Positions 50,901 to 63,674 of a stretch of 64,000 bases of DNA are shown here, one piece after another. This DNA is from Eledone cirrhosa (Eukaryota). The position numbers were made by a program, and so were the translations under genes. The stretch lies in NCBI GenBank assembly GCA_964016885.1, contig OZ024746.1, forward strand, positions 2,914,001-2,978,000, read 5' to 3'. The notes under the pieces were generated by a model. That model saw nothing but the letters and a program-made list of their open reading frames with translations, did not search any database and was not told the origin of the DNA. Within the stretch, counting starts at the first letter, position 1, and the number at the start of each line of letters is the position of its first letter.

Positions 50901-53900
50901 CGTTGACCAGTCTGTTAGTTAGGACAGTTGACCAGTCTGTGTTAGTTAGGACAGATGACCAGTCTGTGTTAATTAGGACAGTTGACCAGTGTCTGTGTTA
51001 GTTAGGACAGTTGACCAGTGTATGTGTTAGTTAGGACAGTTGACCAGTCTGTGTTAATTAGGACAGTTGACCAGTCTGTGTTAGTTAGGACAGTTGACCA
51101 GTCTGTGTTAGTTAGGACAGATGACCAGTCTGTGTTAGTTAGGACAGTTGACCAGTCTGTGTTAATTAGGACAGTTGAGCAGTCTGTGTTAGTGAGGACA
51201 GTTGACCAGTGTATGTGTTAGTAAGGACAGTTGACCAGTCTGTGTTAGTTAGGACAGTTGACCAGTCTGTGTTAGTTAGGACAGTTGACCAGTCTGTGTT
51301 AATTAGGACAGTTGACCAGTCTGTGTTAATTAGGAGAGTTGACCAGTCTGTGTTAGGACAGTTGACCAGTCTGTGTTAGGACAGTTGACCAGTCTGTGTT
51401 AGTTAGGACAGTTGACCAGTGTCTGTGTTAGTTAGGACAGTTGACCAGTCTGTGTTAGTTAGGACAGTTGACCAGTGTATGTGTTAGTTAGGACAGTTGA
51501 CCAGTCTGTGGTAGTTAGGAGAGTTGACCAGTCTGTGTTAATTAGGACAGTTGACCAGTGTATGTGTTAGTTAGGACAGTTGACCAGTGTATGTGTTAGT
51601 TAGGACATTTGACCAGTCTGTGTTAGGACAGTTGACCAGTCTGTGTTAGGACAGTTGACCAGTGTCTGTGTTAGTTAGGACAGTTGACCAGTGCCTGTGT
51701 TAGTTAGGACAGTTGACCAGTGTATGTGTTAGTTAGGACAGTTGACCAGTGTCTGTGTTAGTTAGGACAGTTGACCATTCTGTGTTAGTTAGGACAGTTG
51801 ACCAGTCTGTGTTAGTTAGGACAGTTGACCAGTGTCTGTGTTAGTTAGGACAGATGACCAGTCTGTGTTAGTTAGGACAGTTGACCAGTCTGTGTTAGTT
51901 AGGACAGTTGACCAGTGTCTGTGTTAGTTAGGACAGTTGACCAGTGTCTGTGTTAGTTAGGACAGTTGACCAGTCTGTGTTAATTAGGACAGTTGACAAG
52001 TATGTGTTAGTTAGGACAGTTGACAAGTATGTGTTAGTTAGGACAGTTGACCAGTGTATGTGTTAGTTAGGACAGTTGACCAGTCTGTGTTAGTTAGGAC
52101 AGTTGACCAGTGTATGTGTTAGTTAGGACAGTTGACCAGTCTGTGTTAGTCAGGACAGTTGACCAGTGTCTGTGTTAATTAGGACAGTTGACCATTCTGT
52201 GTTAGTTAGGACAGTTGACCAGTCTGTGTTATTTAGGACAGTTGACCAGCCTGTGTTAATTAGGACAGTTGACCAGTCTGTGTTAGTTAGGACAGTTGAC
52301 CAGTCTGTGTTAGTTAGGATAGTTGATTAGTCTGTGTTAGTTAGGACAGTTGACCAGTCTGTGTTAGTTAGGACATTTGACCAGCCTGTGTTAGGACAGT
52401 TGACCAGTCTGTGTTAGTTAGGACAGTTGACCAGTCTGTGGTTAGTTAGGACAGTTGACCAGTGTGTGTGTTAGTTAGGATAGTTGACCAGTCTGTGTTA
52501 GTTAGGACAGTTGACCAGTCTGTGTTAGTTAGGACAGATGACCAGTCTGTGTTAGTTAGGACAGTTGACCAGTGTCTGTGTTAGTTAGGACAGTTGACCA
52601 CTCTGTGTTAGTTAGGACAGTTGACCAGTGTCTGTGTTAGTTAGGACAGTTGACCAGTCTGTGTTAGTTAGGACAGATGACCAGTCAGTGTTAATTAGGA
52701 GAGTTGACCAGTCTGTGTTAGTTAGGACAGTTGACCAGTGTCTGTGTTAGTTAGGACAGTTGACCAATGTCTCTGTTAGTTAGGATAGTTGACCAGTCTG
52801 TGTTAGTTAGGACAGTTGACCAGTCTGTGTTAGTTAGGACAGTTGACCAGTCTGTGTTAGTTAGGACAGTTGACCAGTCTGTGTTAATTAGGACAGTTGA
52901 CAAGTATGTGTTAGTTAGGACAGTTGACAAGTATGTGTTAGTTAGGACAGTTGACCAGTGTATGTGTTAGTTAGGACAGTTGACCAGTCTGTGTTAGTTA
53001 TGACAGTTGACCAGTGTATGTGTTAGTTAGGACAGTTGACCAGTCTGTGTTAGTTAGGACAGTTGACCAGTCTGTGTTAGTTAGGACAGTTGACCAGTGT
53101 ATGTGTTAGTTAGGACAGTTGACCAGTCTGTGTTAGTTAGGACAGTTGACCAGTGTCTGTGTTAGTTAGGACAGTTGACCAGTGTCTGTGTTAGTTAGGA
53201 CAGTTGACCAGTCTGTGTTAGTTAGGACAGTTGACCAGTGTATGTGTTAGTTAGGACAGTTGACCAGTCTGTGGTAGTTAGGAGAGTTGACCAGTCTGTG
53301 TTAATTAGGACAGTTGACCAGTGTATGTGTTAGTTAGGACAGTTGACCAGTGTATGTGTTAGTTAGGACAGTTGACCAGTCTGTGTTAGGACAGTTGACC
53401 AGTCTGTGTTAGGACAGTTGACCAGTGTCTGTGTTAGTTAGGACAGTTGACCAGTGCCTGTGTTAGTTAGGACAGTTGACCAGTGTATGTGTTAGTTAGG
53501 ACAGTTGACCAGTGTCTGTGTTAGTTAGGACAGTTGACCAGTCTGTGTTAGTTAGGACAGTTGACCAGTCTGTGTTAGTTAGGACAGTTGACCAGTGTCT
53601 GTGTTAGTTAGGACAGATGACCAGTCTGTGTTAGTTAGGACAGTTGACCAGTCTGTGTTAGGACAGTTGACCAGTGTCTGTGTTAGTTAGGACAGTTGAC
53701 CAGTGCCTGTGTTAGTTAGGACAGTTGACCAGTGTATGTGTTAGTTAGGACAGTTGACCAGTGTCTGTGTTAGTTAGGACAGTTGACCAGTCCGTGTTAG
53801 TTAGGACAGTTGACCAGTCTGTGTTAGTTAGGACAGTTGACCAGTCTGTGTTAGTTAGGACAGTTGACGAGTCTGTGTTAGTTAGGACAGTTGACCAGTG

Positions 53901-56900
53901 TATGTGATAGTTAGGACAGTTGACCAGTCTGTGTTAGTTAGGACAGTTGACCAGTCTGTGTTAATTAGGACAGTTGACAAGTATGTGTTAGTTAGGACAG
54001 TTGACAAGTATGTGTTAGTTAGGACAGTTGACCAGTGTATGTGTTAGTTAGGACAGTTGACCAGTCTGTGTTAGTTAGGACAGTTGACCAGTGTATGTGT
54101 TAGTTAGGACAGTTGACCAGTCTGTGTTAGTCAGGACAGTTGACCAGTGTCTGTGTTAATTAGGACAGTTGACCATTCTGTGTTAGTTAGGACAGTTGAC
54201 CAGTCTGTGTTATTTAGGACAGTTGACCAGCCTGTGTTAATTAGGACAGTTGACCAGTCTGTGTTAGTTAGGACAGTTGACCAGTCTGTGTTAGTTAGGA
54301 TAGTTGATTAGTCTGTGTTAGTTAGGACAGTTGACCAGTCTGTGTTAGTTAGGACATTTGACCAGCCTGTGTTAGGACAGTTGACCAGTCTGTGTTAGTT
54401 AGGACAGTTGACCAGTCTGTGGTTAGTTAGGACAGTTGACCAGTGTCTGTGTTAGTTAGGATAGTTGACCAGTCTGTGTTAGTTAGGACAGTTGACCAGT
54501 CTGTGTTAGTTAGGACAGATGACCAGTCTGTGTTAGTTAGGACAGTTGACCAGTGTCTGTGTTAGTTAGGACAGTTGACCACTCTGTGTTAGTTAGGACA
54601 GTTGACCAGTGTCTGTGTTAGTTAGGACAGTTGACCAGTCTGTGTTAGTTAGGACAGATGACCAGTCAGTGTTAATTAGGAGAGTTGACCAGTCTGTGTT
54701 AGTTAGGACAGTTGACCAGTGTCTGTGTTAGTTAGGACAGTTGACCAATGTCTCTGTTAGTTAGGATAGTTGACCAGTCTGTGTTAGTTAGGACAGTTGA
54801 CCAGTCTGTGTTAGTTAGGACAGTTGACCAGTCTGTGTTAGTTAGGACAGTTGACCAGTCTGTGTTAATTAGGACAGTTGACAAGTATGTGTTAGTTAGG
54901 ACAGTTGACAAGTATGTGTTAGTTAGGACAGTTGACCAGTGTATGTGTTAGTTAGGACAGTTGACCAGTCTGTGTTAGTTATGACAGTTGACCAGTGTAT
55001 GTGTTAGTTAGGACAGTTGACCAGTCTGTGTTAGTCAGGACAGTTGACCAGTGTCTGTGTTAATTAGGACAGTTGACCATTCTGTGTTAGTTAGGACAGT
55101 TGACCAGTCTGTGTTATTTAGGACAGTTGACCAGTCTGTGTTAATTAGGACAGTTGACCAGTCTGTGTTAGTTAGGACAGTTGACCAGTCTGTGTTAGTT
55201 AGGATAGTTGATTAGTCTGTGTTAGTTAGGACAGTTGACCAGTCTGTGTTAGTTAGGACATTTGACCAGCCTGTGTTAGGACAGTTGACCAGTCTGTGTT
55301 AGTTAGGACAGTTGACCAGTCTGTGGTTAGTTAGGACAGTTGACCAGTGTCTGTGTTAGTTAGGATAGTTGACCAGTCTGTGTTAGTTAGGACAGTTGAC
55401 CAGTCTGTGTTAGTTAGGACAGATGACCAGTCTGTGTTAGTTAGGATAGTTGACCAGTCTGTGTTAATTAGGAGAGTTGACCAGTCTGTGTTAGTTAGGA
55501 CAGTTGACCAGTGTCTGTGTTAGTTAGGACAGTTGACCAATGTCTCTGTTAGTTAGGATAGTTGACCAGTCTGTGTTAGTTAGGACAGTTGACCAGTCTG
55601 TGTTAGTTAGGACAGTTGACCAGTCTGTGTTAGTTAGGATAGTTGACCAATGTCTGTGTTAGTTAGGATAGTTGACCAGTTTGTGTTAGTTAGGTTAGTT
55701 GACCAGTCTGTGTTAGTCAGGACAGTTGACCAGTCTGTGTTAGTTAGGATAGTTGACCAGTGTCTGTGTTAGTTAGGACAGTTGACCAGTGTCTGTGTTA
55801 GTTAGGTTAGTTGACCAGTCTATGGTTAGTTAGGATAGTTGACCAGTCTGTGTTAGTTAGGATAGTTTACCAGTCTGTGGTTAGTTAGGATAGTTGACCA
55901 ACTGTGGTTAGTTACGATAGTTCACCAGTCTGTGTTAGTTAGGATAGTTGACCAGTCTGTGTTAATTAGGACAGTTGACGAGTGTCTGTGTTAGTTAGGA
56001 CAGTTGACCAGTCTGTGTTAATTAGGATAGTTGACCAGTTTATGGTTAGTTAGGATAGTTGACCAGTCTGTGGTTAGTTAGGATTGTTGACCAACTGTGG
56101 TTAGTTAGGATAGTTGACCAGTCTGTGTTAGTTAGGATAGTTGACCAGTCTGTGTTAGTTAGGATAGTTGACCACTCTGTGGTTAGTTAGGATAGTTGAC
56201 CAACTGTGGTTAGTTAGGATAGTTGACCAGTCTCTGTTAGTTAGGATAGTTGACCAGTCTGTGTTAGTTAGGATAGTTGACCAGTCTGTGATTAGTTAGG
56301 ATAGTTGACCAGTCTGTGGTTAGTTAGGATAGTTGACCAACTGTGGTTAGTTAGGACAGTTGACCAGTCTGTGTTAGTTGGGATAGTTGACCAGTCTGTG
56401 TTAGTTAGGACAGTTGACCAGTGGCTGTGGTTAGTTAGGACAGTTGACCAGTCTGTGTTAGTTAGGATAGTTGACCAGTCTGTGTTAGTTAGGATAGTTG
56501 ACCAGTCTGTGTTAGTTAGGATAGTTGACCAGTCTGTGTTAGTTAGGACAGTTGACCAGTCTGTGTTAGTTAGGACAGTTGACCAGTCTGTGTTAGTTGG
56601 GATAGTTGACCAGTCTGTGTTAGTTAGGACAGTTGACCAGTCTGTGTTAGTTAGGATAGTTGACCAGTCTGTGTTAGTTAGGATAGTTGACCAGTCTGTG
56701 TTAGTTAGGATAGTTGACCAGTCTGTGTTAGTTAGGACAGTTGACCAGTCTGTGTTAGTTAGGACAGTTGACCAGTCTGTGTTAGTTGGGATAGTTGACC
56801 AGTCTGTGTTAGTTAGGACAGTTGACCAGTCTGTGTTAGTTAGGACAGTTGACCAGTCTGTGTTAGTTGGGATAGTTGACCAGTCTGTGTTAGTTGGGAT

Positions 56901-57016
56901 AGTTGACCAGTCTGTGTTAGTTAGGACAGTTGACCAGTCTGTGTTAGTTAGGATAGTTGACCAGTCTGTGGTTAGTTAGGATAGTTGACCAGTCTGTGTT
57001 AGTTAGGATAGTTGAC
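47912..57016. repeat. 9.1-kb satellite of a 27-bp unit (23/25/29-bp variants) with higher-order structure
   Basis: gttaggacagttgaccagtctgtgtta, roughly 330 units. Confidence 0.99.
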
Positions 57017-57329
57017 ACACACACACACACACATACATCTATACATGATGGCTGCCCCCTCATCATCATCATCAGCATCATTGTTTAATGTCTGCTTTTC
57101 CTGCTTGCAAGGGTTGGACAGGTCTACATAGACCAAATCAATATACAAGCCAGCCCAGGAATTGAACCCACGACATTTTGATCGTAAGTCCAACACCCTT
57201 ACTGCGAGGCCACGCTCTTCCACTGTAGTGTGATGTGGTGTCCTCAATAAGAAATCAATACCAAAAAGCTACTGTTAGTTACACTTCTGAAATACTGGTC
57301 ATTTATTTTATGAGTCTTGACCCATGAAA

Positions 57330-57547
57330 CATTCTCTGACCTTTTGACCTATCACCAGCCATAAACTATTGAACTTCTCCATAGTTTTCACATCTTTTAA
57401 TGATAATCTTGTCTTTTTCCATCTCTACATCGATTAATCGTGCCTATATATATATATATACATACACACATACACATGCACACACACAGACATACACACA
57501 CACATATATATATATATACATACACACATACACATGCACACACACAT

Positions 57548-57582
<35 letters not shown>

Positions 57583-57849
57583 CATACACACATACACATG
57601 CACACACACAGACATACACACACATATATATATACATACACACATACACATGCACACACATACATACACACACACATATATATATATACATACACACATA
57701 CACATGCACACACACACATATATATATATATATAGGCAAGATTAATCGATGTAGAGATGGAAAAAGACAAGATTATCATTAAAAGATGTGAAAAATATGG
57801 AGAAGTTCAATAGTTTATGGCTGGTGATAGGTCAAAAGGTCAGAGAATG
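57330..57849. repeat. 115-bp inverted repeat enclosing a compound TA/CA microsatellite
   Basis: Arms 57330-57444 and 57735-57849, 2 mismatches seen. Confidence 0.95.
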
Positions 57850-57952
57850 GACATATATATGTGTGTGTGTGTGTGTGTTAGAATTTGTCTTTCCACTCTA
57901 ACATGGTGGATATGTAAATATATTTGTAAGTTTTATATCAAATAATAATAAT

Positions 57953-58141
57953 TGTTTCTACTTTTGACACAAGGCCAGCAATTACCCAGTAGATTACTGG
58001 TACTTTATTTTATCGACCCCGTAAGGATGAAAGGCAAGGTTAACCTCGGCGGGATTTGAACTCAGAATGGCAAAGGCCGTAACTCTATACGTCAAAGCAT
58101 GGTGTCCGACCCTCTACCGATACTGCCAATTCACCGCCCTC
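57953..58141 (-). mobile_element. Full-length SINE-A with target-site duplication
   Basis: ATATCAAATAATAATAAT at 57935-57952 and 58142-58159 (partly overlapping the ATT tail). Confidence 0.93.
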
Positions 58142-58423
58142 ATATCAAATAATAATAATGATATTCAATTCATTTGCAGTCTCATTACGCTGTGTGTTTT
58201 AGATGACCATCGACATAGTAGATATTCTCAAGAGTCCTAGTGACAGAGATACACAATCTTGACAAAGAGCAATAACCCAGAAACAATGTTGTTGATTGTT
58301 TCTCTGTACCACAGCTAGAAAAAAACTATGAAGATTGTCATCTAAAAACCATAGCAGACTCTTTACTTGCAAACAAGTCAAATATTGTTATTATTATTCA
58401 ATATGAAACTCACAAATACATAT

Positions 58424-58427
<4 letters not shown>

Positions 58428-58458
<31 letters not shown>

Positions 58459-58938
58459 GTTTAACGTCTATCTTCCACGCTAGCATGGGTTGGATGGGAA
58501 TTGTCCAACTTGAGGCAAGATTGGTCAGGTGACCATGTCTCGCTCGTATAGGACTACCTGGCAGGTTTTCTACGGCTGGATGTCCTTCCTAACACCAACC
58601 ACATTTACAGTGTGGACTGGGAACTTTTTACCGCGTTACCTACACGGCCACATTACAGTGTGGACTGTGTGTTTTTGTAGTGACACCTACACGACCTCAT
58701 TAGTTTGGACTGGATGTTGTGGTACCAACATAATGGGTGGTGTTGGTGGGAGTGAGAGGATGGAGTAGGAGTAGTGGGTTGGGGGGTATATTTGGTTAAG
58801 AAGTGCCTACAGACTGTAGGTTTTATACATTGTACATAGGCAAGGCGGGTCTTCTGTATTACTGCGTGGCGCCAAAGATCTCGGTCCAGTGACATTGTCA
58901 AGTGTGTAAGGTCAGAATTTATCAAATCGTCCCAGGTT
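58428..58938 (-). mobile_element. RTE 3' end (last codons plus 3' UTR)
   Basis: KTWDDLINSDL..SLDRDLWRHAVIQKTR then UTR and (GAT)n. Confidence 0.85.
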
Positions 58939-58955
58939 TTATATATACATATATA

Positions 58956-59112
58956 TCATCATCATCACTGTTTTATGTCTGTTCTTCCACGCTAGCATGG
59001 GTTAGACGGGTTGTCCTGTTGTGGGCAGTGTCCAGTCAGCTGACCTTGTCTTGCCCATACGGGAACTGATTCTGGCTTGAGTGCTGGGTGCTTTTTTTCT
59101 GTGGCGCCTACA
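58956..59112 (-). mobile_element. RTE 3'-UTR copy with internal deletion
   Basis: Family match, TA/CA flanks. Confidence 0.8.
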
Positions 59113-59117
59113 CACAC

Positions 59118-59152
<35 letters not shown>

Positions 59153-59162
59153 TGTGTGTGTG

Positions 59163-59487
59163 TCTGATGGTAGCTAAGATGCTTCTATAGGCGGTATGCC
59201 GGTTGAGCACTCTATGCTCTTACAGAGCAGAGTATGATAGAATAAAAAACGAAAAATCAGTGATGCATCTGAACTCTGTTACAATTGTTTCGCCGGTGGA
59301 CAGCTCGAGACGCGATCATTGTATAGATCTGTCTGATTCTGGACCCGCAGGTTTGACGGACACGTCTAATGATTTCGTAATCAGACAGATCCACACAATG
59401 ATCGCGTCTCGAGCCGTCCACCGGCGAAACAATTGTAACACACAATAAATTGAGTTCAGATGCATCACTGATTTTTTGTTTTCTATT
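59163..59487 (+). mobile_element. CpG-rich fold-back element with partial hammerhead motif
   Basis: Arms ~59241-59338 and ~59379-59487 (11-nt indel). Contains GCCG-tccac-CGGC GAAA CAATTG TA. (TA)/(TG)n flanks. Confidence 0.65.
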
Positions 59488-59509
59488 ATATATATACATA
59501 TATATATAG

Positions 59510-59765
59510 GTCATAACTCCTCAGTGCCTTGTGTTTTGGTCCTTAACCTCTTACACACTAAGTCCCCCCCCCCCTATCCCAGGCTGCATCCAGGTCTTGA
59601 CACCTGGGTGTAAGCAGTTATGGGCTGAAACACAGGGCACCAAGGTGTCATGACCTGGATATAGCCTAGTCCCCTTAGAGTGTAAGAAATTAAGGGTCAA
59701 AACACTCACTTGAGGGGGTGGGGTTCTTCTCTGAAGACCTTCTGCTCTCCTGAGAGTCTCTTACT
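59510..59765. mobile_element. Small nested fold-back repeat, related to ~7860-7965
   Basis: gtgttttggtccttaacctcttacacactaag pairs with cttagagtgtaagaaattaagggtcaaaacac, plus a second inverted copy near 59617-59653. Confidence 0.55.
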
Positions 59766-60317
59766 ACAACTCTGTCAACACAGCAGACTGCAGCTGTCAT
59801 AGGAGAAGATATATATCCCACACTAAAACTGATGACTTATCATCAGTCCTCTTCAACAAAAAATATTCTTGTTTACTTCACTATGTTCTCTAAGTTTATA
59901 TCTGTCACTATAGCAGCTGTAATAAAAACTTGGTATCATTTTCACCAACAGAACATGTGTGTGTATGCTAATATTATTTTGATATTACCCTGCTTTCTGC
60001 AAGTGACACCCACTTCTTCACTGAAGAATTCCCAGCATTCCATTATTCAGTTCCTATGAAACATTTTTTACACGTCAGTTCATACTAACATGAACTCATT
60101 ACACTGGATTTATATCTTTTAATTTCTTTATTTTAATTTGACTGATTTAATATTCTTTCTTTACATAATGTTGATAGTTTTTCACCCAAACCATGTCTAT
60201 GATGGCAAAATAGTTAACCTTTTGGTCCTTAGACACACAACCTCTCATTTTTAAAGTATTCATGTTTAAAAGTAAAACCTTCCATCATAATTTTATGTTA
60301 GAATATTTTATTAAGTT

Positions 60318-60510
60318 ATAATTGTTTCTACTTTTGGCACAAGGCCAGCAATCATCCCAGTTCATTACTGGTACTTTATTTTATAGACCCCGTAAGGATG
60401 AAAGGCTAAGTAAACCTTGGTGGGATTTGAACTGAGAACGCAAAGGGCCATAACTCTATGCTGCAAAACATGGTGTCTGACACTCTACTGATACTGCCAA
60501 TTTTCCCCCT
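60318..60510 (-). mobile_element. SINE family A
   Basis: Full head, core and tail. Confidence 0.88.
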
Positions 60511-61171
60511 ATAATAAAGTTACAATAAGATGTAGTTTGCATTGTGTACAGTATATAATGTAGAAAAGGATTTATTTTAAAAGGCTAAGACAATGCAAAA
60601 TGGACACCCATTTCAGATTGTCTTAGCCGTATTATGTTCCTAACATCCGCTTGATAATAATGAATAAATTATTTAAATCCCTTCAAATATTTTATTATTT
60701 TCAAAACTGGTGGAAAGCAGTGTTTTTCATTAGAAATCATCACCATCACCATCATCCTCATCGTCACCATAACTATTTTCCATGCTTGCAGGGGTTAGAC
60801 AGGACCCAGGAATAAAAGGGTTAGTGTGCTGGTTACTCACTCTTCAACAGATTTAATTTAAATTTTTGTTACAAATATTTTACCATCTTTGTATAGCGGA
60901 CTGTACTCTAATTTCATATCATCTACTCTTGGGTCTCGAATAATCACCCCCTTCCTGCTTATTAATTTTTCAGATTCCCTGCCCGCTGTTATTCCACCCC
61001 CACCCCACATATTAAATTTTACTAATCTATCTCCAGCAAAATCTTATTTTAATTGGCAGCATTCCTGCAACAATTAATTTTTTGGTATTCATTAAAAAAC
61101 ATTACATATGACAAAAAAGTACATTACTAGAAATCCCATTTGTTATATAATAAATAGGGTGGGTTGGGGTT

Positions 61172-61418
61172 TCATCATCATCACCGTTTTACGTCCGTTC
61201 TTCCACACTAGCATGGGTTAGATGGGTTGTCCTGTTGTGGGCAGTGTCCGGTCAACTGATCTTGTCTTGCTCATATGGGAACTGATTCTGGCTTGATTTC
61301 TACAGCTGGATGCCCTTCCTAACATCAACCTCATTTACAGTGAGTGCTGGGTGCTTTTTTGTTGTGACACACCTCCACAACCACTTCACAGTTGGAGGGG
61401 TGGAGGCATATTGTCTCA
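61172..61418 (-). mobile_element. RTE 3'-UTR copy
   Basis: Family match. Confidence 0.85.
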
Positions 61419-61924
61419 ATGTGTAAACTAAATTACTAATTTTGGTTTTAAAAAAGCCAAAATACTACCTAGATAAATTACCAATTTCCCACATACTTCC
61501 TGCTTATTCTACCCCCACACCTGCTTATTCCTTATTATTTGGGACCTGAGAGTAAAAGAAAATACATCCTAATCTGGTATTCCAATAAACTAATTGGGAT
61601 CTAATTTTAAAAGAAACATGTCTTCTCTTGAGACTATTTCAACTTAAAACATCTTCTCCACCAATTACCAAATGAGAAAGAATTTAACATTGAGTTGTCG
61701 AAAAAAGAAAGGAATAAATAGATGAATGAATGAAAGAAATAGAGGAAAGAAAAAAATTTAAAAAAGAAGAAAGGAAGAACAGAAACAAAGAAAAGACTGA
61801 AGGAAATAAAGAAAGAAAAAAAGAGAGAAAGAAAGAGAAGGTGAAAATGAAAAAAAGTAAAGAAAGAGAAAAAGGAAAAAAGACAGAAGAAAGGAGAGGA
61901 AGGAAAGATGGAAGATAATTGTGA

Positions 61925-62134
61925 GATCACGGCTCTGAAAGATTTTACAGGCAAAACCAACCGGCAAGAGACCCAGAGATAGACTCTGGGTAAGAAGGTT
62001 GGATAACATCCATGAGCTTGGCTGGACTCACTTGGGGATCCAGCCAGATCAGTTGGAGACAGTTACTTCTGACAGGACCCATTGGAAGGAGTCTGAGGAT
62101 TCTGCCCCACAACCCTCTCAGGAATAAGTGGGCA

Positions 62135-62181
<47 letters not shown>

Positions 62182-62182
62182 A
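61925..62182 (+). pseudogene. RTE (Expander/Rex3-like) LINE C-terminus with (TAG)n tail
   Basis: KILQAKPTGKRPRDRLWVRRLDNIHELGWTHLGIQPDQLETVTSDRTHW...PQPSQE* followed by (AGT)n. Confidence 0.85.
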
Positions 62183-62455
62183 TAGCAGAAATATGAAAAA
62201 GAAAGATAAAAACAAAATTAAGTAATGAAAAAAGGGAGAAGGAGTAAAGAAGGGCAGTTTAGGAAAGTAAAGGAAAGGACTATAAATGCCATAAATGAGA
62301 AGAAAGAGCAAGGACTATTTTCTTACCTGCTTCCCAATTTAGACTTAGTTAACAAAATAGCAACTTACAAGATATTTAATACCATTAAATTACATGTGTT
62401 GCATTCCCATGATACGGTATTTATTGCTTTTGGAGCAGATGGTCAATTAGTTCAA

Positions 62456-62494
62456 CTAGCAGAAAAACCACCCTTCAGGTGGTTTTTCTGCTAG
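62456..62494 (-). other. Perfect 17-bp hairpin ending CTAG|T, Helitron 3'-end-like
   Basis: ctagcagaaaaaccacc-cttca-ggtggtttttctgctag. The hairpin is certain but the Helitron assignment is inferred. Confidence 0.55.
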
Positions 62495-63212
62495 CATGTG
62501 TAGTGTATATATTGATATTATACGCAGGTATATATACATGTAGATACGATACACCAAATAAAATCGTAATTGACAATATACACAGAAATGGAACGGAGAC
62601 TGCGTTACACTGTTTTATGTAATCAGTAAAGTAATCCATGATACATTAAAAAAGACGATATTATATATAAACTGCATTAGGAGAAAATTAGTGACGGAAA
62701 TATATGAATGTTTATTTAAGCGATCGCTCACCAGAAGTGTTGACATTTGAAAATTTTAAAGAAGTGAATCTTAAAATAAGCCACAAAATTATTTATATTT
62801 AATCAAGAATAACGAAATTTAGTAGATAAATTATGTAATATTCATTCATTATTTATTCAAAGTAATCCAACTTATTTTACAAACGGGATAACAAAAATAT
62901 ATTCTGTACGCAGTCCCGCACTCCTTTCTTTACTATAGTTTAGATTGAAAATATCTTACAAACAGTGATGCATGTTTCTAAAGTGTTAGACACAATTCTA
63001 TTGAAAACAAGTTGTAAGACTTATACATATTTAAATGGTGTCTCTATATGTTATAATGCCAAAGTTGAATACAACAAAAGAATTTGTTTAAATTTTTAAA
63101 ACTTGCTTATAAATTAATAATGATAAATGCAAATTTTCAACTGAATCTATTTACATTCTTTGCTCAGTTTCTGCTCTCAGAAGTTATAACATTGTTGATT
63201 ATCTTAAAAATA

Positions 63213-63226
63213 GTTACCATGGATAC
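63213..63226. promoter_or_regulatory. RFX X-box consensus match
   Basis: GTTACCATGGATAC (reverse GTATCCATGGTAAC). Motif match only. Confidence 0.2.
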
Positions 63227-63289
63227 TGTTAAAATGGATACTTTTCTTAGTTACTAAATTGTGTGTGTGTGTGACATCTCACACCTATG

Positions 63290-63506
63290 CAGGTTTAGCT
63301 AGCCTCCTTCAAGGTATATCTCGTTGGAGATGTCTTGGGTGATTTAATGATAGGGACCCCAGTCCTATCATCTCATTTCTACAGCTGAGTAAACTGGAGT
63401 AACGTGAAATAAAGTGTCTTGCTCAAGGAAACACCACATCACCTGGTCCGAGAATTGAACTCACAACCTTTTGATTGCAAGCCCAGTGCTCTAACCACTA
63501 AGCCTT
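63290..63506 (-). mobile_element. SINE family B with a fourth tail type
   Basis: Shares head, core and the atgatagggac..gtcctatcat hairpin with 33797-33967, then diverges. Confidence 0.8.
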
Positions 63507-63674
63507 CACAGTTACTAAATTCTCTCTCTCTAAAAATTATTTCATGTTAGAGAAATAGATGTAAAGAGAAAGATATAAAAGATGTCAAAATCTGTCACTT
63601 AAGCAGATCATTGTTTTTTCGTTTTGGGGTTTTCTTTATGAAATATAATGTATATTTTGTCAACTATATTTTAC

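Noticed and set aside
47912-57016. Telomeric repeat origin (contains TTAGG)
   Set aside because: TTAGG occurs once per 27-bp unit, with no tandem TTAGG/TTAGGG runs.
59820-60125. Possible mariner HTH remnant (SSVKKWV on minus strand)
   Set aside because: Too many stops and too little motif evidence.
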